Source: Eremomyces bilateralis CBS 781.70
Taxonomy: Eukaryota
Reading direction: 5' to 3' (one strand)
DNA: 64,000 nt
Assembly (NCBI GenBank): GCA_010015585.1
Contig: ML975150.1
Of the stretch, positions 1 through 15,000 are shown in pieces; position 1 is the stretch's first letter; each line of letters begins with the position of its first letter. The position numbers were made by a program, and so were the translations under genes. The notes beneath the pieces are model-generated. The model saw only the letters and a program-made list of their open reading frames with translations, was not told the DNA's origin and ran no database searches.

Positions 1-3000
1 TGGCGCATCAACCAGCCCCGGCCCAATCGGTCGACCGTCCTCGACTTCATACGGAGAGATGCAACACGTCTCCTCGCAATTCCCCGGCCAGGATCCTGCG
101 ACTTTCGCCGGACCACCGCTCCGTCCGCTGATCGCCGCATCCGAAGGAGGCCCAGGACTTGCCGCCGATTTCTACGGCGATGGCGGCGAATCCGTTCTCC
201 GTCAACCCGGCGTTCGACCACACACTCCAGTTGTTACCGGCGCCCAGCCGCATTTGATGTCGGCGTCAGCTGTTCCAACGCCTGCGGAAGATACTGGGCA
301 GGGAACTGCTGCGGATTACTACACGGAGCATGCAGCGGGCATGGAGGGCGCATCGAGTGCCTGGTCACAACAACACGCCAACCTACCAAGTGGACCGGAG
401 AACGTTGTGAAGCCTGGAAAGCCTGGCAAGCCAGGCAAGAATGGCAAGCACTCATCTGCTGGCACCGCAGCAGCATTGGCTGGAGGCGCAGCCCTGGGTT
501 ATGGATTGGGACATGGTGGACACTCGAATGGCTCAACGCAAGCTGGCGCTTTATACCAACAAGGGGCCAATTCGTCCATGTCGACAGTCATTCCTGCTGG
601 ATCTTTGTCTGGCAAGCCTAGCAAGAACGGCAAGAATGGAAAGAAACCTTCGCGAAGAGACAGTTCTTCTTCGGACGACCACTCGAACCTCCCTGCCTAT
701 GCGGCTGGTGCAGCTGGTCTAGCTGCTGGTGCGTATGCGCTGGGCCACCATCACAACGGATCAACCTCACCACGCTTTTCCCCCGCTCCACCGCCCGGAT
801 CGTACATGTCTGGGGGTGCAGGTCCACCTGGGTCGCTCGGTCCGTCAGGATATGCGGCGGGGATGGGCGGCGGGGCGATGGCGTTTCAACATCACATGGA
901 GCATCATCAGCGGCACCATGGTCCGATAGGCAAGTTGGTCGAATGGTGGAAAGATTACGAAGACATCGCGAAGATGGAAGCATATACCGAATACATTGGT
1001 GTCTGTCGATATTGCTTTGACCCTCATAGTAGCCCTGCGGATGCGCCACGCAAACATAATTCCGCAAAACGACGCAGGTCGAGAGAATTCGGTGGAAGAG
1101 TGGATAAAGACCAGCGCTACTACACGGCGGGTTCCAGCAAGATCAGTCTGTCCGGCTCGGATAGCGATTCCAGAAAGCGCAAGAAGAAGACCAGCAAGGC
1201 AGGTGTTCTCGCTACTGGACTCGGCGCATATGGTCTCGCGAAGGCCGCCAAGGGCATCTGGAACAACCAGGACTTCGATGATACATACTCCGTCAAATCA
1301 GGCAAATACATCGGAAACGATCCGCGATATGACAGCCGTCATCGAAGTCGCAGCCGAGACCGTCAATCCCGCGTGGACACCGGCATCACGCACAATGGAA
1401 AAGCATACAAAGTCCGACACGATCGGCATCGTTCGCGATCTCGGTCTAGGTCTCGCGACCGGACGAGTGGGATACTCGGTGCCGCTGCTGGGGCAGCCGC
1501 AGGTGCGACCTTTTTGGGAGCATCGTCCTCTTCGAAACATCGACATGCTTCGCGGAGCCCTGCGAGGAAGGAGCACGTGCAGGTGCGTCGACGCCATAAG
1601 AGCCGGAGTCGCAGTCGAAGCCCGAATAAGCTGGCAGCCATTGGCGTGAGCCATCCGCGGCACGGTCACAGCGGCTATTCTCTTGCATCTTCATCTCGGT
1701 CGCACGGCGAGCATCGAAAATCTCCAAAGGGAAAGAACGCCGGACTTGCTGCGCTTGGTCTTGGAATGCTAGGTGCCTCTGCTGCGTCGAGTTCAGGACG
1801 GAAGAAGTCGAAGGCAAAGAAGAAGAAGAAGACGAAAACTGGTTTCTTCAACTTCGGCAACGGCTCCAACTCCTCCGAATCGTCCGACGACGGCCTTATT
1901 TACGGTTCCAAGCTCGACCTCAGTCGCCACTCTAGCAACCGATCCTCCAAAGGCCGCAAAGCCAAGCGCAAGTCCTCCCATGAAAACCTCAACGCCACTC
2001 TTGCCGGTCTGGCCGCCACCTCTGCTGCCCTCGCCGCCGCACAGCACGGCAAAGGCAAGCATAGAGCCCACACTGGTGCAGGCGGTTCCCACGGCGAAGT
2101 CGTCGCCATCAAAGACCGCCGTCGCCCCGTCCGCGCAGACTCCCACCGCGGCTGGGACACCCTCGGCTCCACTGCCGCATCCAGCCGCCGCCGCCACTCC
2201 TCTAGCTCCTCGATCCTCAGCTCCTCAGCCGACGACGACGACGAGACCTGGGTCGACGAGTCCGGCGTCGAGTCCGACGTCTCCGCCGCTTCCAGCGGCA
2301 TCACCAGCGCCCTTGCGTACGGCGACTTCGCCTACAAATCCAAGTCCCCCGCCCGCAAGTCCACCGACAGCCTCATCTCTGGCATCTCCGTTGCCAGCTC
2401 GGCCAGTGGTGGGGGCGGCCTTTCGAAGTGGGGATGGCGCTGGGGTGGGAAAGACGACGATAAGAAGAAGAAACGGAAGCACTCATCCACCAACCTCGCT
2501 GCCGCCGGTGTTCTTGGTGCGGCTGCCGGCACCGCCGCGAGCGCCATGTCTAGCCAGAGCAGCGTCCTCCCCTCCGGGCCGATGCAGACGGTGTACCCCG
2601 TCGCGACAGGCGACCCGACGCGGTTTGACGCAGGGGACCGGATCACGCCGTATTCCGCGTCGCCGTTAATCCAGCCTACGGGGCCGAACCAGCAACCCAT
2701 GATCTTCACCTCGCGGCCTGACGTGCCGATGGAGGCGCCCAGGCCGGTGATGCCGGTAAGCCGGGAGGTGTACGCGACGTCCGGGAGTTACATCCCTGGG
2801 GTTCCGGTATCTGCGCCAGCGGAGCATGATGCGCGAGTGCGGTATGGGCATGCGCATGACGACTCGGAGATTCCGTCGCATAGTGCGTCGATGGCGGAGA
2901 GGTTGCGGAGGCGGGATTCGAGCCCGGCGCCGAGTACGGGGTCAGTGTTGAAGGATGCCGGAGTGGCGGGGGCGGCGGGGATGGCGGTGGCGGGGATACT

Positions 3001-6000
3001 GAGTAGTGGGGGGAGGAGAGAGGGGAGGGAGAGGGGGGATGTGAGGTTTGAGGATGAGAAGGTAAGTCGGAGGGAGGCGAGGCGGAAGGAGAGGGAGCGG
3101 GAGGAGATGGAGACGGAGCGGGAGCAGGAGCGAGATCGAGAGCGACAACGGGAGATGGAGCGGGAACGCGAACGCGAACGAGACCGAGACCGAGAAAGAG
3201 AACGACAACGCCAAGTTATAAAGGAGCAAGAGGAAAGGGAGGAGCGCGAAAGGAGGAGGATGAGGCAGAAAGAAAGAGAGGAGCAGGAGGAACTCGAGAA
3301 CCGGATGCGCCGACGAGAGAAAGAGGAAGAAGAGGCGAAGGAACGAGTACGTGATTCTTCTTCGACGCGTGCCAGAGAGGAAGCGGCGCGCGCACAACAA
3401 GAATACGAAGCTGCCCGAGCCAGACGAGAAGAGATACAGCGCGAATTGTACAGTCGCAAAGACGAGAAAAGCTCCGAACCGAAACCCCACGAAGCGGAGA
3501 TCGATCGCCAGATCGAGCGGAAGCAAATCGAGCTTCGAGGGCGGGAGCAGAAAGCTCTGGGCCATAATCCTGCCGTGCCGATTGCAGCAGCCGCCGTTGC
3601 TGGTGCGGTCGCCGTGGCTGCTGGGACGATGATGTCGCGATCTGAAAGCGATCAGGGGAGTCGGCATGAGAAGGTTGTCGAGCCGAGGGAATTCCGAACG
3701 GTGGCTCCAAAGGAACCGTATCAGGTCGTGGAACCGAAAGAGATCCCAATCGTTGCGCCAGAAGAATCGTATGCTGTGCGCGAGGCGCGCCATGTCACGA
3801 TTGAGCCTTCCCAAGTCGCTATTGACTTCGTTCACGGGGACGCGCTCGCAGACCCCGACTTCTTCAAGAAACGGCGAAAGGCAAAACAGGCGCAGCCGCA
3901 GTCACCTCCAGAGCCTGAAGATAAGGCGAGATCGAAGAAAGAAGCCGAGCTTGCAAGGCGTGCGGCGGATCGAGTTATCGAAGATCTGGAACACAAGTAC
4001 GAAGCTGGACCAGTCAACCAAGCCGATTTCTTCACGCCAGATATCCTCAAAGATCATAGCGCGCCGGCAAGCCCGAGGATTGAACCGAATGCGGACAACG
4101 ATATGACGGTCTACCATGACCCGCACGATGCTGCAATGGCAAGCAGGTCCGTTCCTCCTTATGAGAAGCCATATGCGCTGCATGTGGCTGGGTTGAGCCC
4201 GCATCCTTGGCCGGTGCCGACACTTAAGCTGATTGAGCCTACTCCGCCTCCAAGCCGGGCTACTACTCCCGTTCCATCGGAGCCACCCGGGGCCGCTGAA
4301 ACGACAACTGCCGAACCAACCCCCTCAGCGCCAGCAGTCGCCGAGCCAACGGTCCCCGAGCCAACAACCGCTGAACCCACAACCGCTGAACCCACAACCG
4401 CTGAACCCACAACCGCTGAACCCACAACAGCTGGCGCTGCGGACGAGCGAACCAGGAGTACGGGAAGCAAAGTCACCTGGGGCAAAGATCAGACCCACCA
4501 CTACGAGGTACAGGCGCCTGAGGGTCACCGGGACAGCTACAATGCCGACCCAGATACCAGGGGAGCTCATTATGAGATTGCCGTCGACGTGGATGATCCA
4601 GAGGGTCCGAAGAGGACAACATATAAGCATGAGAACACGGAAGAGCCAGCTTGGGCTGCGTCCCGGGATATCTCACCAATTCGCATCCCATCTCCTGTAC
4701 GCCGCAGCGTCTCACACTCTCCGGTACGAGATACCGAGGGTGACATCACAGATGACCGGCGCGTCGTGAATTCGGATGAGGAACAGGAGAAGGTGTATGA
4801 ATCGCATTCACCACACGTCGAGCCGGTGGTCGTTACGCCTGGTGAACAGGAGGGGGGCTCGTTATATCGAACCCCATTCTATGAGACGGTCACAGACCTT
4901 GGATTTGATGCAGACGAGCCTCCTGGTACTGGACATGGCGCTGTCTTAGGCGAAGTGGAAGAAGAGGAGCCGAGGACACCTAGACGGTCTGCACATTCAG
5001 CCATGCCTGGAGGATTTGACGATGAGGAAGACTCCCCGGTACTCGACCGAGCTCCGGAACCAACACCTCCTCGTGAGAAGAGGTCGAAGAAGTCCAAGTT
5101 CGCCGACATCGCTGCTTCAGCAGCCGCGGGTGCAGCTGCGTCTACGATCGCTCGCGAAATTGGCATGGAAGATGAGCCAACGCGAAATGGGAATCGTAGC
5201 ATCGTCGAAGAAGAACCTCCATCCTCCAAGAAGGGGAAGAAAAAGAAGAAGAAAGGTTCCAGAGCCTTCTCTCCTGAAGCAACCAGTTCTCCTTCTCGGG
5301 CGTCACTGCCCGAGGACATCGATGATGAGCTCGCAACCTCCCGAGATTTCTCCCAGTCCGTGGCTGACTCGGGATATGTCTCCCGGCCAAGTCAGTCCGT
5401 CGCGGATGTAGCCGATGCTCCTCAAGATGCCAGCTTCGCCGACTTTGAGGAGCCGAAGAAAAAGAAGAAGGCAAAGAAGAAGAGCAAGAATCGCGATGAC
5501 GATTTCGAAAGGTCCGTAGAAAGTATTGGCGATGCCAATATTGATCGAGATGAGACACGCAAGATTTTCGAGGAACCGGATTCGTATGCCGAAGAGCGCG
5601 ATCGTGAGAGTTCGAAGTCGCGGAAGTCTCGCCAGGAGGAAGATTCCGAGCACGAAGATCATGAGCGTAGTCGCGAGGCGAAGGCGAGTGCTCGATTCGA
5701 TGATGACAAGAAATCACGCCGGAAGAGTCGAGACAAGTATGACTACGACGAAGATCGATCTTCCAAACGTGCCAGCCGACGGGATTCCGAGAAATATGAA
5801 ACTACTTCTGTCGTCTCAGAGCCTGCCGATTTCTTCGAAACGCCCAAAAAGTCGAAACGGAGGTCCAAAGGCGTTGACGATGATGCTGCCTCTGAGGTTG
5901 GATCGACGGTCTCTTTACCTGCAAAGCCGGGATCTTCCAGCAGCAAGGTCAAGGAAAAGCGATCGGGTATCCTGGGAAACTTGTTCGGGAAAGGCTCATC

Positions 6001-9000
6001 TCAATCTGAAGCGTCAAAAACTTCTACAAGATCTGTGGATGATCATGACGTTGATGAACGACGTGTCAAGAAGAAGCGCTCAGGTTCGACGAAGTACGGC
6101 TCTGATGATGAACCAGATCGACACTCCCATCAATCTGGGGAGAGGAGCGATAAGAAGCGAAGCAAAGACGATCATGGCCTAGAATCTTCATCTCGGCGGT
6201 CAAATGGTGAGTCTCGAGAATCCAAAGAATACGACAGACGGAAACACCGAAGTCGAGACGATCGAAGTAGTAGCAGACATGGAGATTCCGATCAGGAGTC
6301 TTTTTTAGCCGAGCGGGCAGAGATGGGACAGGGTCCTCTGCCCGCTAAGCAACCTGTCGTTACTGATTTTGAGCAATCATCACGATCATTAACAGAGGAC
6401 CTTAGCAGGGAAATAGATCTCGAAGATCTTTCAATAATACCAGCTCCGAGCGATGAACCAGATGTACATGAAGAAGCATCTGTCAGCCCGAAATCGAGTT
6501 CGCCGATGGACTCGATGGAGCGAATCCCTCCCCTTACTTTGCCATCCCAGGAGCGCCCAACGTCCTGGCATGGCATGCAGTTGGATCCGTTTGCTGTGGC
6601 TGCTGCAAACAGAGACGAGGCTGCTTCAAGATCAATCAGCCAACCACCATCTCCCCGCCTCACCAGCACTGACGTTCCATTCGAGCGACTAACTTCCTCT
6701 GAATTCGCGGAAAATTCACCGTCTTCCCCGCTCGAATATCAACGCTCGCAATCCACAACCGCCATCCCCGTACGTTTCAGATGGCAGTCTTCAACGCCTA
6801 CCCTTCAACGGCTCACATCAGTGAGCTCCCCTGTTGAATCGCCCCAATCCCCTTCCCCCACCTCCCGTTTGCGGCACACCAAGACCCATTCCGCAGAATA
6901 TCGGACCAACACTCAAGAAGTGCGGCCACTCTACCTCGTCGAGCGAACTCGCCAGATTCCAGAGGTTGAGGACAGCTATCCAGAACTTCCAGAGAGCGCA
7001 GAAACGTCAAGGAGCCCGTCACTGCAGGATATGGAGGAGTTCGTGTCAGCGGTCCAGTCGCCGGAGCAAAGCTTTGCAGATTTCGCGGATGTGGCGCCTT
7101 TCGATGAGGGTCGCGATTTGTTCGTTGACACTACTCTCGATGACGTTTTAGGATCGCAGGAGGTCACACCAAGAGCTACCACCTTCCCACCGGGTGTTTT
7201 GGATTTGCTTGCAGACAGAGAAGTCGAACTCGACGCGAGCCAGCATCATATCCTAACACAGACTCGCGACTTGGATGAGGGGTTGGAAACAGTGTCGACA
7301 GCTAAACAAATTCCGGAGGCCACGCCAGCTCTTGAACGAGCGAGCGTACGGGACTTGGATATCTCTACGCTACCGGCACTTCCAGTGAGCAGGCCTTCGA
7401 CCCCAGAGCAGCTAGTCAAAAAACCCGGCTACTATTCCCCAAGAGAAATCGTCGAGCCAATTTCTGAGGCCGCGCCGACCCTGGAAGCAGAGGAAGTACA
7501 AGATTTTGATATCTCTACACTACCTGCCCTACCGGAAAGCAGGCCTTCAACTCCTGAGCATCTTGACAAAGTACCTACGGGTCTTTCCCTTGGAGAGTTC
7601 ACCGGAGTAGCGTCGATTGGTGGTGCTGTTGGTCTCGCTGTGCATGAGCTCCTGAAGGATGATCAGAAAGGACCAACTCGCGAAATCACGCAGTCCAAGC
7701 TTCCAGAGACGATTGGACAAGATGCGGGTCATGCTATGCCACCACCTTCTGCCCCAGAGCCCAAAGAAGCCCACCCTGACGACCCGACTGACAAGCCAAT
7801 AGAACGCGCTGTCATTGAAGATGCTGGTTTAGCAGCTACTATCCATGAGCGAGAGGCATCTGAACCGGCATTTGGCAAGCCAGCCTTAATCCAAGAAGAA
7901 CCGGCGACGCCAGTCCCTTTCCTCCTAGCCCGCCGTGAGAGCAAAAAGGCCAAGAAGAAAGACAAGAAGAAAGGAAAGAAAGGCGGCAAGTCGAGCGAGC
8001 CCACTCCGGATGAATCTGTTGCGGATGACGTAGCCGTTGACCAGCACCACGATGTTGAGGAGGCTCCAACTACAAGCCCAGCTGGGGACACCATCGAAAC
8101 TGGACTTGAAGCCAGCTCAGGCGTTCCGAGAGCAGCTGCCGAATTTGCACAGGAACAAGAAGTCGCTGTCCCACAGGCAGATCATCGTATTGATACTCGC
8201 GACGAACTGCCAGCCGCAACCAATGTTGACCAAGATGTGGTAATCGTCCTCGAGGAACCAGCAAAACCGGTGGGGGAATCCATTGGCCAAGTATCTGTGG
8301 CCGAAGGCCCATTTGCACAGCCCTCAGTCATCGATCCGGAGACGGACGACATTGTTGGCGACTGTGGTATAGCTGAGATACACACTGAACATTCCTTGGT
8401 CGCCGACGACATTGCTCTTGCACCACAACCAGTAGAGCATGGAGTTGAAGACAAAGACATGACACAAGATGAGTCTGTTATTGAACCACTGCCTGGGTCA
8501 GAGGAGTCCAAAGAAGCGTTTCCGGCTACTACTGAGGAACCGGAATGGACGGAGACTCTGAAATCAAAGAAAGGTAAGAAAAAGGGAAAGAAAGCAAAGG
8601 GCTGGGCAGCCTTCGATGATGAAGAAACCGAACCCCTTGCCTTCTCCGCCACAGAATCCAACCCCGAACAAGTGGTTGAGGGACCCAATGTCGACGTCCA
8701 ATCAGAGCAGACTGCCCCTATTGCTTTCGTGTCCGGAAAGAAGAGCAAGAAAGTCAAGAAAGCCAAACGTCAATCGACCTTCGAGGAAGCACTCCCTGAT
8801 ACAAGCGGGACTGGTGGTCTAGCGAATTCGCCTGACGAGGATGAAACTTCTCCTATGCCAGAAGATGTACCAGAAGAATCGTTCGAGGTCGCACGTGGAC
8901 CAGAGGAGGAGCCATTTGTCCTGCCCACGGGAAAGAAAAGCAAGAAAGAGAAGAAGAAGTCCAAACGCCATTCGCCTTTCGAGGAAGGAATTCCTGTTCC

Positions 9001-12000
9001 GAGTGGAGCGGACGTTCCAATAGCTGCTCCGGATGCTCACGAGGGTGCTCCTGTGCCAGAAGTAGTTGAGATGTCGAATGAGCCCTTTGAGGTGGAACCA
9101 GAACCAGAAGTCGAACCCTTTGTCCTGTCGACAGGGAAGAAGAGCAAAAAGGACAAGAAGAAGGCCAAACGTCAGTCCACATTCGACGAGGAGCTTCCAG
9201 ACCCTGGGGCTATTGAATCCCGAGCCGCCCCTACTCTGGAGGAAGACGTCGCTGCAGCAGAAGAAGCTGGGCCACTAGAAGTTCCTCCCGCGGTCGAAGT
9301 GAACAAGGAAGAAGGCACCTTCGTCGTACCATCTGGCAAAAAGAGCAAAAAGGACAAGAAAAAGGCCAAACGTCGGCCCACATTTGCTGAGGAGTTTCCT
9401 GATCCTGGTGCTACTGAATTCCGAGCCTCCACTCCTACTCCGGAAGAAACCATCGCAGCCGCAGAAGAAATTGAGCCCTTGGAAGATCCTCCTCCGGCCG
9501 AAGCGAATATGGAAGAAGAGGCCTTCCCCGTCCCATGTGGCAAGAAGAGCAAAAAGGACAAGCAGAAGGCCAAACGCCAGTTCACGTTCGACGAAGAACA
9601 TTTAGATGATGGTACGAGGGATATTCCAGCCACTGTTCCCGGTCTGGAGGAAGAGATCAAAGCCGAGATCCCGGAAGAGCCCCTCGCTGTCGAACTGCGA
9701 GAACAAGAGCCATCAGAAGCGCCTCTCGCGGCCGAAGAGATCAACAAGGAAGTGCCGTCCGTCACCTCATCGGGTAAAAAGAGCAAGAAAGACAAAAAGA
9801 AGGCCAAACGGCAGTCCGTCCTTGACGAAGTGGAGTCAGATGCTGCTGCGAACGAATCTCCAGGCGCCTTTCCTACTCTGAACGAAGAAATCGAAGCTGA
9901 GATTCTTCCAGAGTCTTTCGTCGTTGAACCAGAACAAGAAGAGCCATTCCTTGTGCCATCGGGGAAAAGGTCTAAGAAGGACAAGAAGAAGGCCAAACGC
10001 CAATCCGTACTCGAAGAGCCTACCGAGTCAATCGAACAAGAAGTTCACATTGATGCGCCAATCCCGGGTTTTCCACTTGCAGAGCGTGAACCGTCGATCC
10101 AAGTAGCAGACGATCCTTTGACTTTGACGCCCGACAAGGTCAAACCCCAAACCACATTCGATGAAGGGACCACGGAATCAATCGACCGCGACGTTCCCGT
10201 TCATATCCCAAGTGTGGATTTGCCTCTTGCAGACCACGAGCCGCCGTCAAGCCAACCGCAGGACGATAGTGCCCAACCCCAAGAGGATCCTTTTCTTTGG
10301 ACGTCCAACAAGGAAGCAACATTTGATAAAGAGCTCACGGAGTCAATCGAACGTGACGTTCCCATCGATACCCCTAGTGTGGATTTGCTAGCACCAGAAG
10401 ACGAGCCGTCGGAGCCTCGGGCTATTGACGAACCTGAAGAGGACCCGTTCACTTTCACGTCCAGCAAGAAGAGCAAGAAGGATAAGAAGAAGGCCAAGCG
10501 CCAGTCCGTATTCAATGAGGTTCCTGAGGAGTCAAACGAACGAGAAATTTCTGTCAACTCCTCGAGTGCGGAGCTCCCACCAGCAGAAGTCGAACCGCCG
10601 CAGCAGGAGGAGGTTGAGGGCATCGTTGAACCTGACGAGGATCCTTTCACTTTCACGTCCAGCAAGAAGAGCAAGAAGGATAAGAAGAAGGCCAAGCGCC
10701 AGTCCGTATTCAATGAGGTTCCTGAGGAGTCAAACGAACGAGAAATTTCTGTCAACTCCTCGAGTGCGGAGCTCCCACCAGCAGAAGTCGAACCGCCACA
10801 GCAGGAGGTTGAGGGCATCGTTGAACCTGACGAGGATCCTTTCACTTTCACGTCCAGCAAGAAGAGCAAGAAAGACAAGAAGAAGACTAAGGGTCAATCA
10901 ATCTTTGAGAACACTGTAGACTCATGCACTGAGGACACCCCCATTGAAGTGACTGATTCAGGGCCCGAACCGGTTTCCGCACAGGAATTGGCACCGCTGC
11001 TCCCGACCGGGAAGAAGAGCAAAAAGGATAAGAAGAAATCCAAAGCATGGACTGCATTTGAAGAGACTCCTGAAGCGCCATCTGGAGATGTCTCCGCCAG
11101 CGCTGCAGAGCAAACACTAGCCGTTCAACCTATAGATGATGCGGAAGATCCATTTGTTCCCGCGTCAACAGGAAAGAAGAGCAAGAAGGACAAGAAGAAG
11201 CGTGCCGCTTGGACTGCATGGGAGGATACTGAGCCGGGCCAAGTTGAGCCTGTCGGGGATGTGGCTGCACCCTCCGAAACCGCTTTGGAGGATGCTCCTC
11301 TCGCAGGAACTCCCATCGAGGAATCTCCAAAACTAGACGTTCCTGCTAACACAGAATCTCAACGCGAAGTCCCTGTGGAACAAGACTCAGAAAACCAGAT
11401 AAGGGCTGAAGAGCCTGTTGCTACCACTCCCGACGAGCCTGAGACCTTCGAGCCTGTACGCAAAGGCAAGAAAAAGAAGAGAGAGATAAGAAAAAGCAAG
11501 GCTAAATTTCAAGATGAGCCCTTCATGTCAAATCCCGATGTGGAGGAACAGGTCACGCAGCCAACGGACACAGCAAAAACACTCGAGGAACACGAAAGCG
11601 ACTCAGTCACTTTACCTGAGTGGAACATCAGCCCTCCTGTGGCTGAACTGGATGATGGCCACGTACGGAAGATTCCTCTTCCGCCGGTGACTGAAGACGA
11701 GAATCTCGAGGATGGGGTCGAGCCGGACGACCAACCAATTTCGGATGACATCGACGGACCCTTCGAATCACCGCATGACAAATTATCTCGGGATCTCGAA
11801 CCGATGCAGGACCTCGCGGATATTTCGCAGATCCTCAATAAACCGGAGAGTGCTCAAGCCGAGCAGCATCAGCCCACTTATCTGCCTGAATTCTCTGACA
11901 TGGACTGCGACCTTTTGGGTACCTCTGAAGTTGTGACCGACCCTCATGCTGCAACAGAAGACATTGAAGCTACACAACACCAGGTCCAATCCCCTGTTGA

Positions 12001-15000
12001 GGCCACGATTGTGCCTGGCCACTTACAGGATGTTCATGAGCCACAAGCCGAACATCCAGCCACCCGACTGGAAGAAACAAATGATGTCTCAATTGACGCC
12101 GCCACAGTTCCACTTCTGACTGTAGAGGACGGGGGTCTTGACAAGCCTATCGAAACCGAGCATGCACCTGCTGAGACAGTTCCTGCTGAAGAATTCAATG
12201 TCGTCCAAGATCAGGATATTGCAGAAGCTGTTGAAGAAAAAGGTGTTGAAGCTGAATTGGAACCGGCAGTGGCCTGGACAGCGAAAAAGGACAAGAAGAG
12301 CAAGAAAAAGAAGAAAGGAGCAAAGGCTGCTGAACCTGAACCGAAGGAGCCGGTTACCCTCGCTGATCGGGACATGACCACCGATCAAGGCGTAGAAACC
12401 CTTGAGGCACCAGGGTTACTAGTATCAGACGAAGCCAGACCGAGCCCGGCCGAAGAATCAACTTCTCTTTCTGAACCCACCGAAACCATATTACCCGAGA
12501 CAGCTAATATGCCAATTGAACAGCCTGTCGAGGCCGATGGTAGCGAATGGACGCAACCGATCAAAAAGTCGAAAAAGGACAAGAAGAAGAAACGGAAGGG
12601 TCTCGTCATCGAGGAAGATCAGCCTGCTGGAGCTAAGACTACTCTTCAACCGCAATTGGGCATTTCAACCCAAGCCGACGTTTCTGCCATCGAAGTCAAG
12701 GAGCCGGAGGGGGGCATGGCTATAAGTGATGCGACAGCGGATGATTCTGCTCCCATCGAAGCTACTGAACCGCCGCTCCTTGATTCACAACTCACAGCTG
12801 CAGCAGAGGCCACTGTACCTGGACCTGTGGTCGGGGCTGAACAGGAAGTCATGGACTCCGTTACTTTGGACACGGAAGCGCCTGCTGATGTTGACGAGGA
12901 ATGGAGGGTGCCATCGAAAAAGTCGAAAAAGGACAAGAAAAACAAGCGGAAGAACATTGGCATCGAATCAGAGGCACCCATCCAAACCAAAAACATACCG
13001 CAATCAGAGGAGGGTCCTACTCAAGTTGGAACTTCGGGTACGCAAGAGGAGCCACCACTGGAAACTCCCCCAGGTTCAGATATGATCGAGCCCGTTCTTT
13101 TGGTCGAGGATGCTAAAACTGCCACCAATCCGTTAGATTCCACGTTCGCAGCTGAGCCTCCTGCGCCTAAATCCATGGCTGTTGTGGAGGCTGAATCTGG
13201 AGATTTGCCTACCCCTATTCCAGAGACCCAGGCTGAGGCGGTCGAAGAGGAATGGGCTGTGCCATCGAAGAAGTCAAAGAAGGACAAGAAGAAGCGTAAG
13301 GGCCAGCAGGCAGTTGCTGAGGAATCGCTCGAGCAGTCGAGCACCTCCACCCCCGTGGTATCATCGGCCCCGGATCCTGACTTCACACCCGCGCTCACCA
13401 AAGCGGAAAAGAAGAACAAGAAGAACAAGAAGAAGACTGCTGGATTAGCTTCCTACTTTGACGGGCCTGAAGTTCCAACCCCACCCGCTAAGGATGAAAT
13501 CGTGGACACGAATGTCGTACCAATGGTCGAGGAATTGGCTGCCGTCGATCAACACGGTTCTTCTGAACACCTGACTGCTGAGGTTTCAACCGACGCCAAA
13601 AACGAGGAGCCAGCCAGTTCTGTGCCGGATCGCTCGATTGCAACCACTAAACCTACGCCGGAAGAGGAGGCAGTTGATGACTTCGCAACCCCTCACGAAC
13701 AGCCTAAGGCTTTAAGAACAGAGGAGCCCATCAATCCAGCTTCAGACCGCTCAGTTGAAATTCCTCGGCTCACATTGGTTGAGGAATCCGCCGTCGAAGA
13801 GATGCCAGAGGATTTCGCAACCCCTCTTGACCAGGTCGATGCTCCAGAAGAGTTTTTCCCCGTCACGAAAGGAGAGAAAAAGGGCAAGAAGTCAAAGAAG
13901 CAGCCATTCCTGTTTGAGGATGTAGGTGAATCCGCTGTTGCCGAACCTTCTTCTGTTAGTGAGCCCGTTGAACAGCCCTTCACTGTCACGTCGAGTAAGA
14001 AGGGCAAGAAGAAAGGCAAAAAGGCAAAATCAACAACTCCTTCAGACCTGGCAACCCCAAGGGACGCTTCACCAGAACGTGATACAATGGAAGTACCTGA
14101 AGGTGCTCAGGCTCTGAAATCAACGGATGTGGAGATTAAAGACAGCAGTATGGAAACGCAAGATCGCGCCACTCCCGACAACCAAGCGGCTGAAATGGCA
14201 GAATTTGTGGACGATGGCCCCAACACTGATCTTGTTTCTTCTCTGGAGGTTTCAGAACCGCAGTACGATCGTGATGACCTTGAACGTGGTACTCGCCCGG
14301 AGGAAATCAGTCAACCCCCAGACTTGCCTATCACTGAATTCAATGACGATGCACCCTCATCAATCCCATCGGTTGCGGAATCTCTCTTTGGGCAACCTAC
14401 TTCGATGGAGCGAAGTTCATATTTCCCGGAATTGCCGCAAGAATCGAGTACCGCCTATCACGTACCACAGACTGCTGAGAGAGATGTCGATTTCGCTGCG
14501 GCTGCAACTGCAGGCCTAGTCAGCGCAGGATTCTCGGCTACGCTAGCCGAATCTGCCTTCAACGATGATGATGTCCATCAATCTGGTCCACGCAAAGCTG
14601 GATCTGAAAGGGGGGTCCTCGAAGACCACATTTCAAGCAAAGCTACTACTACTCCAGGCCCCTCACCCGCACTTAAGGCGGAGAGTAATACATTCAGCCC
14701 GGAAGCTGTACTCGATGACCCTGTCTTCTCTCGTTCACATAGCCCGCAAGAAGCGTTGGATACTACGGACGACCTCCCTCCTATTCTTCAACGGCCAAGG
14801 AAGAAGCGCAGCTCGGGTTCTCGTTCACCACCTGGAAGTCCTCCACCTTCTGCTGTTGAGCGTGCCGTCACCGAGGATGCTCCTCCTGCAGAAGCATTAG
14901 CTGAGGCGGCAATATCAGATTTGGAGGAAGAATTCCCCGTGACAAAGACGAAGAAGAAGAAAGGCAAGAAAGGCAAGAAGGCGAAGCAGGCTTCTATGGC

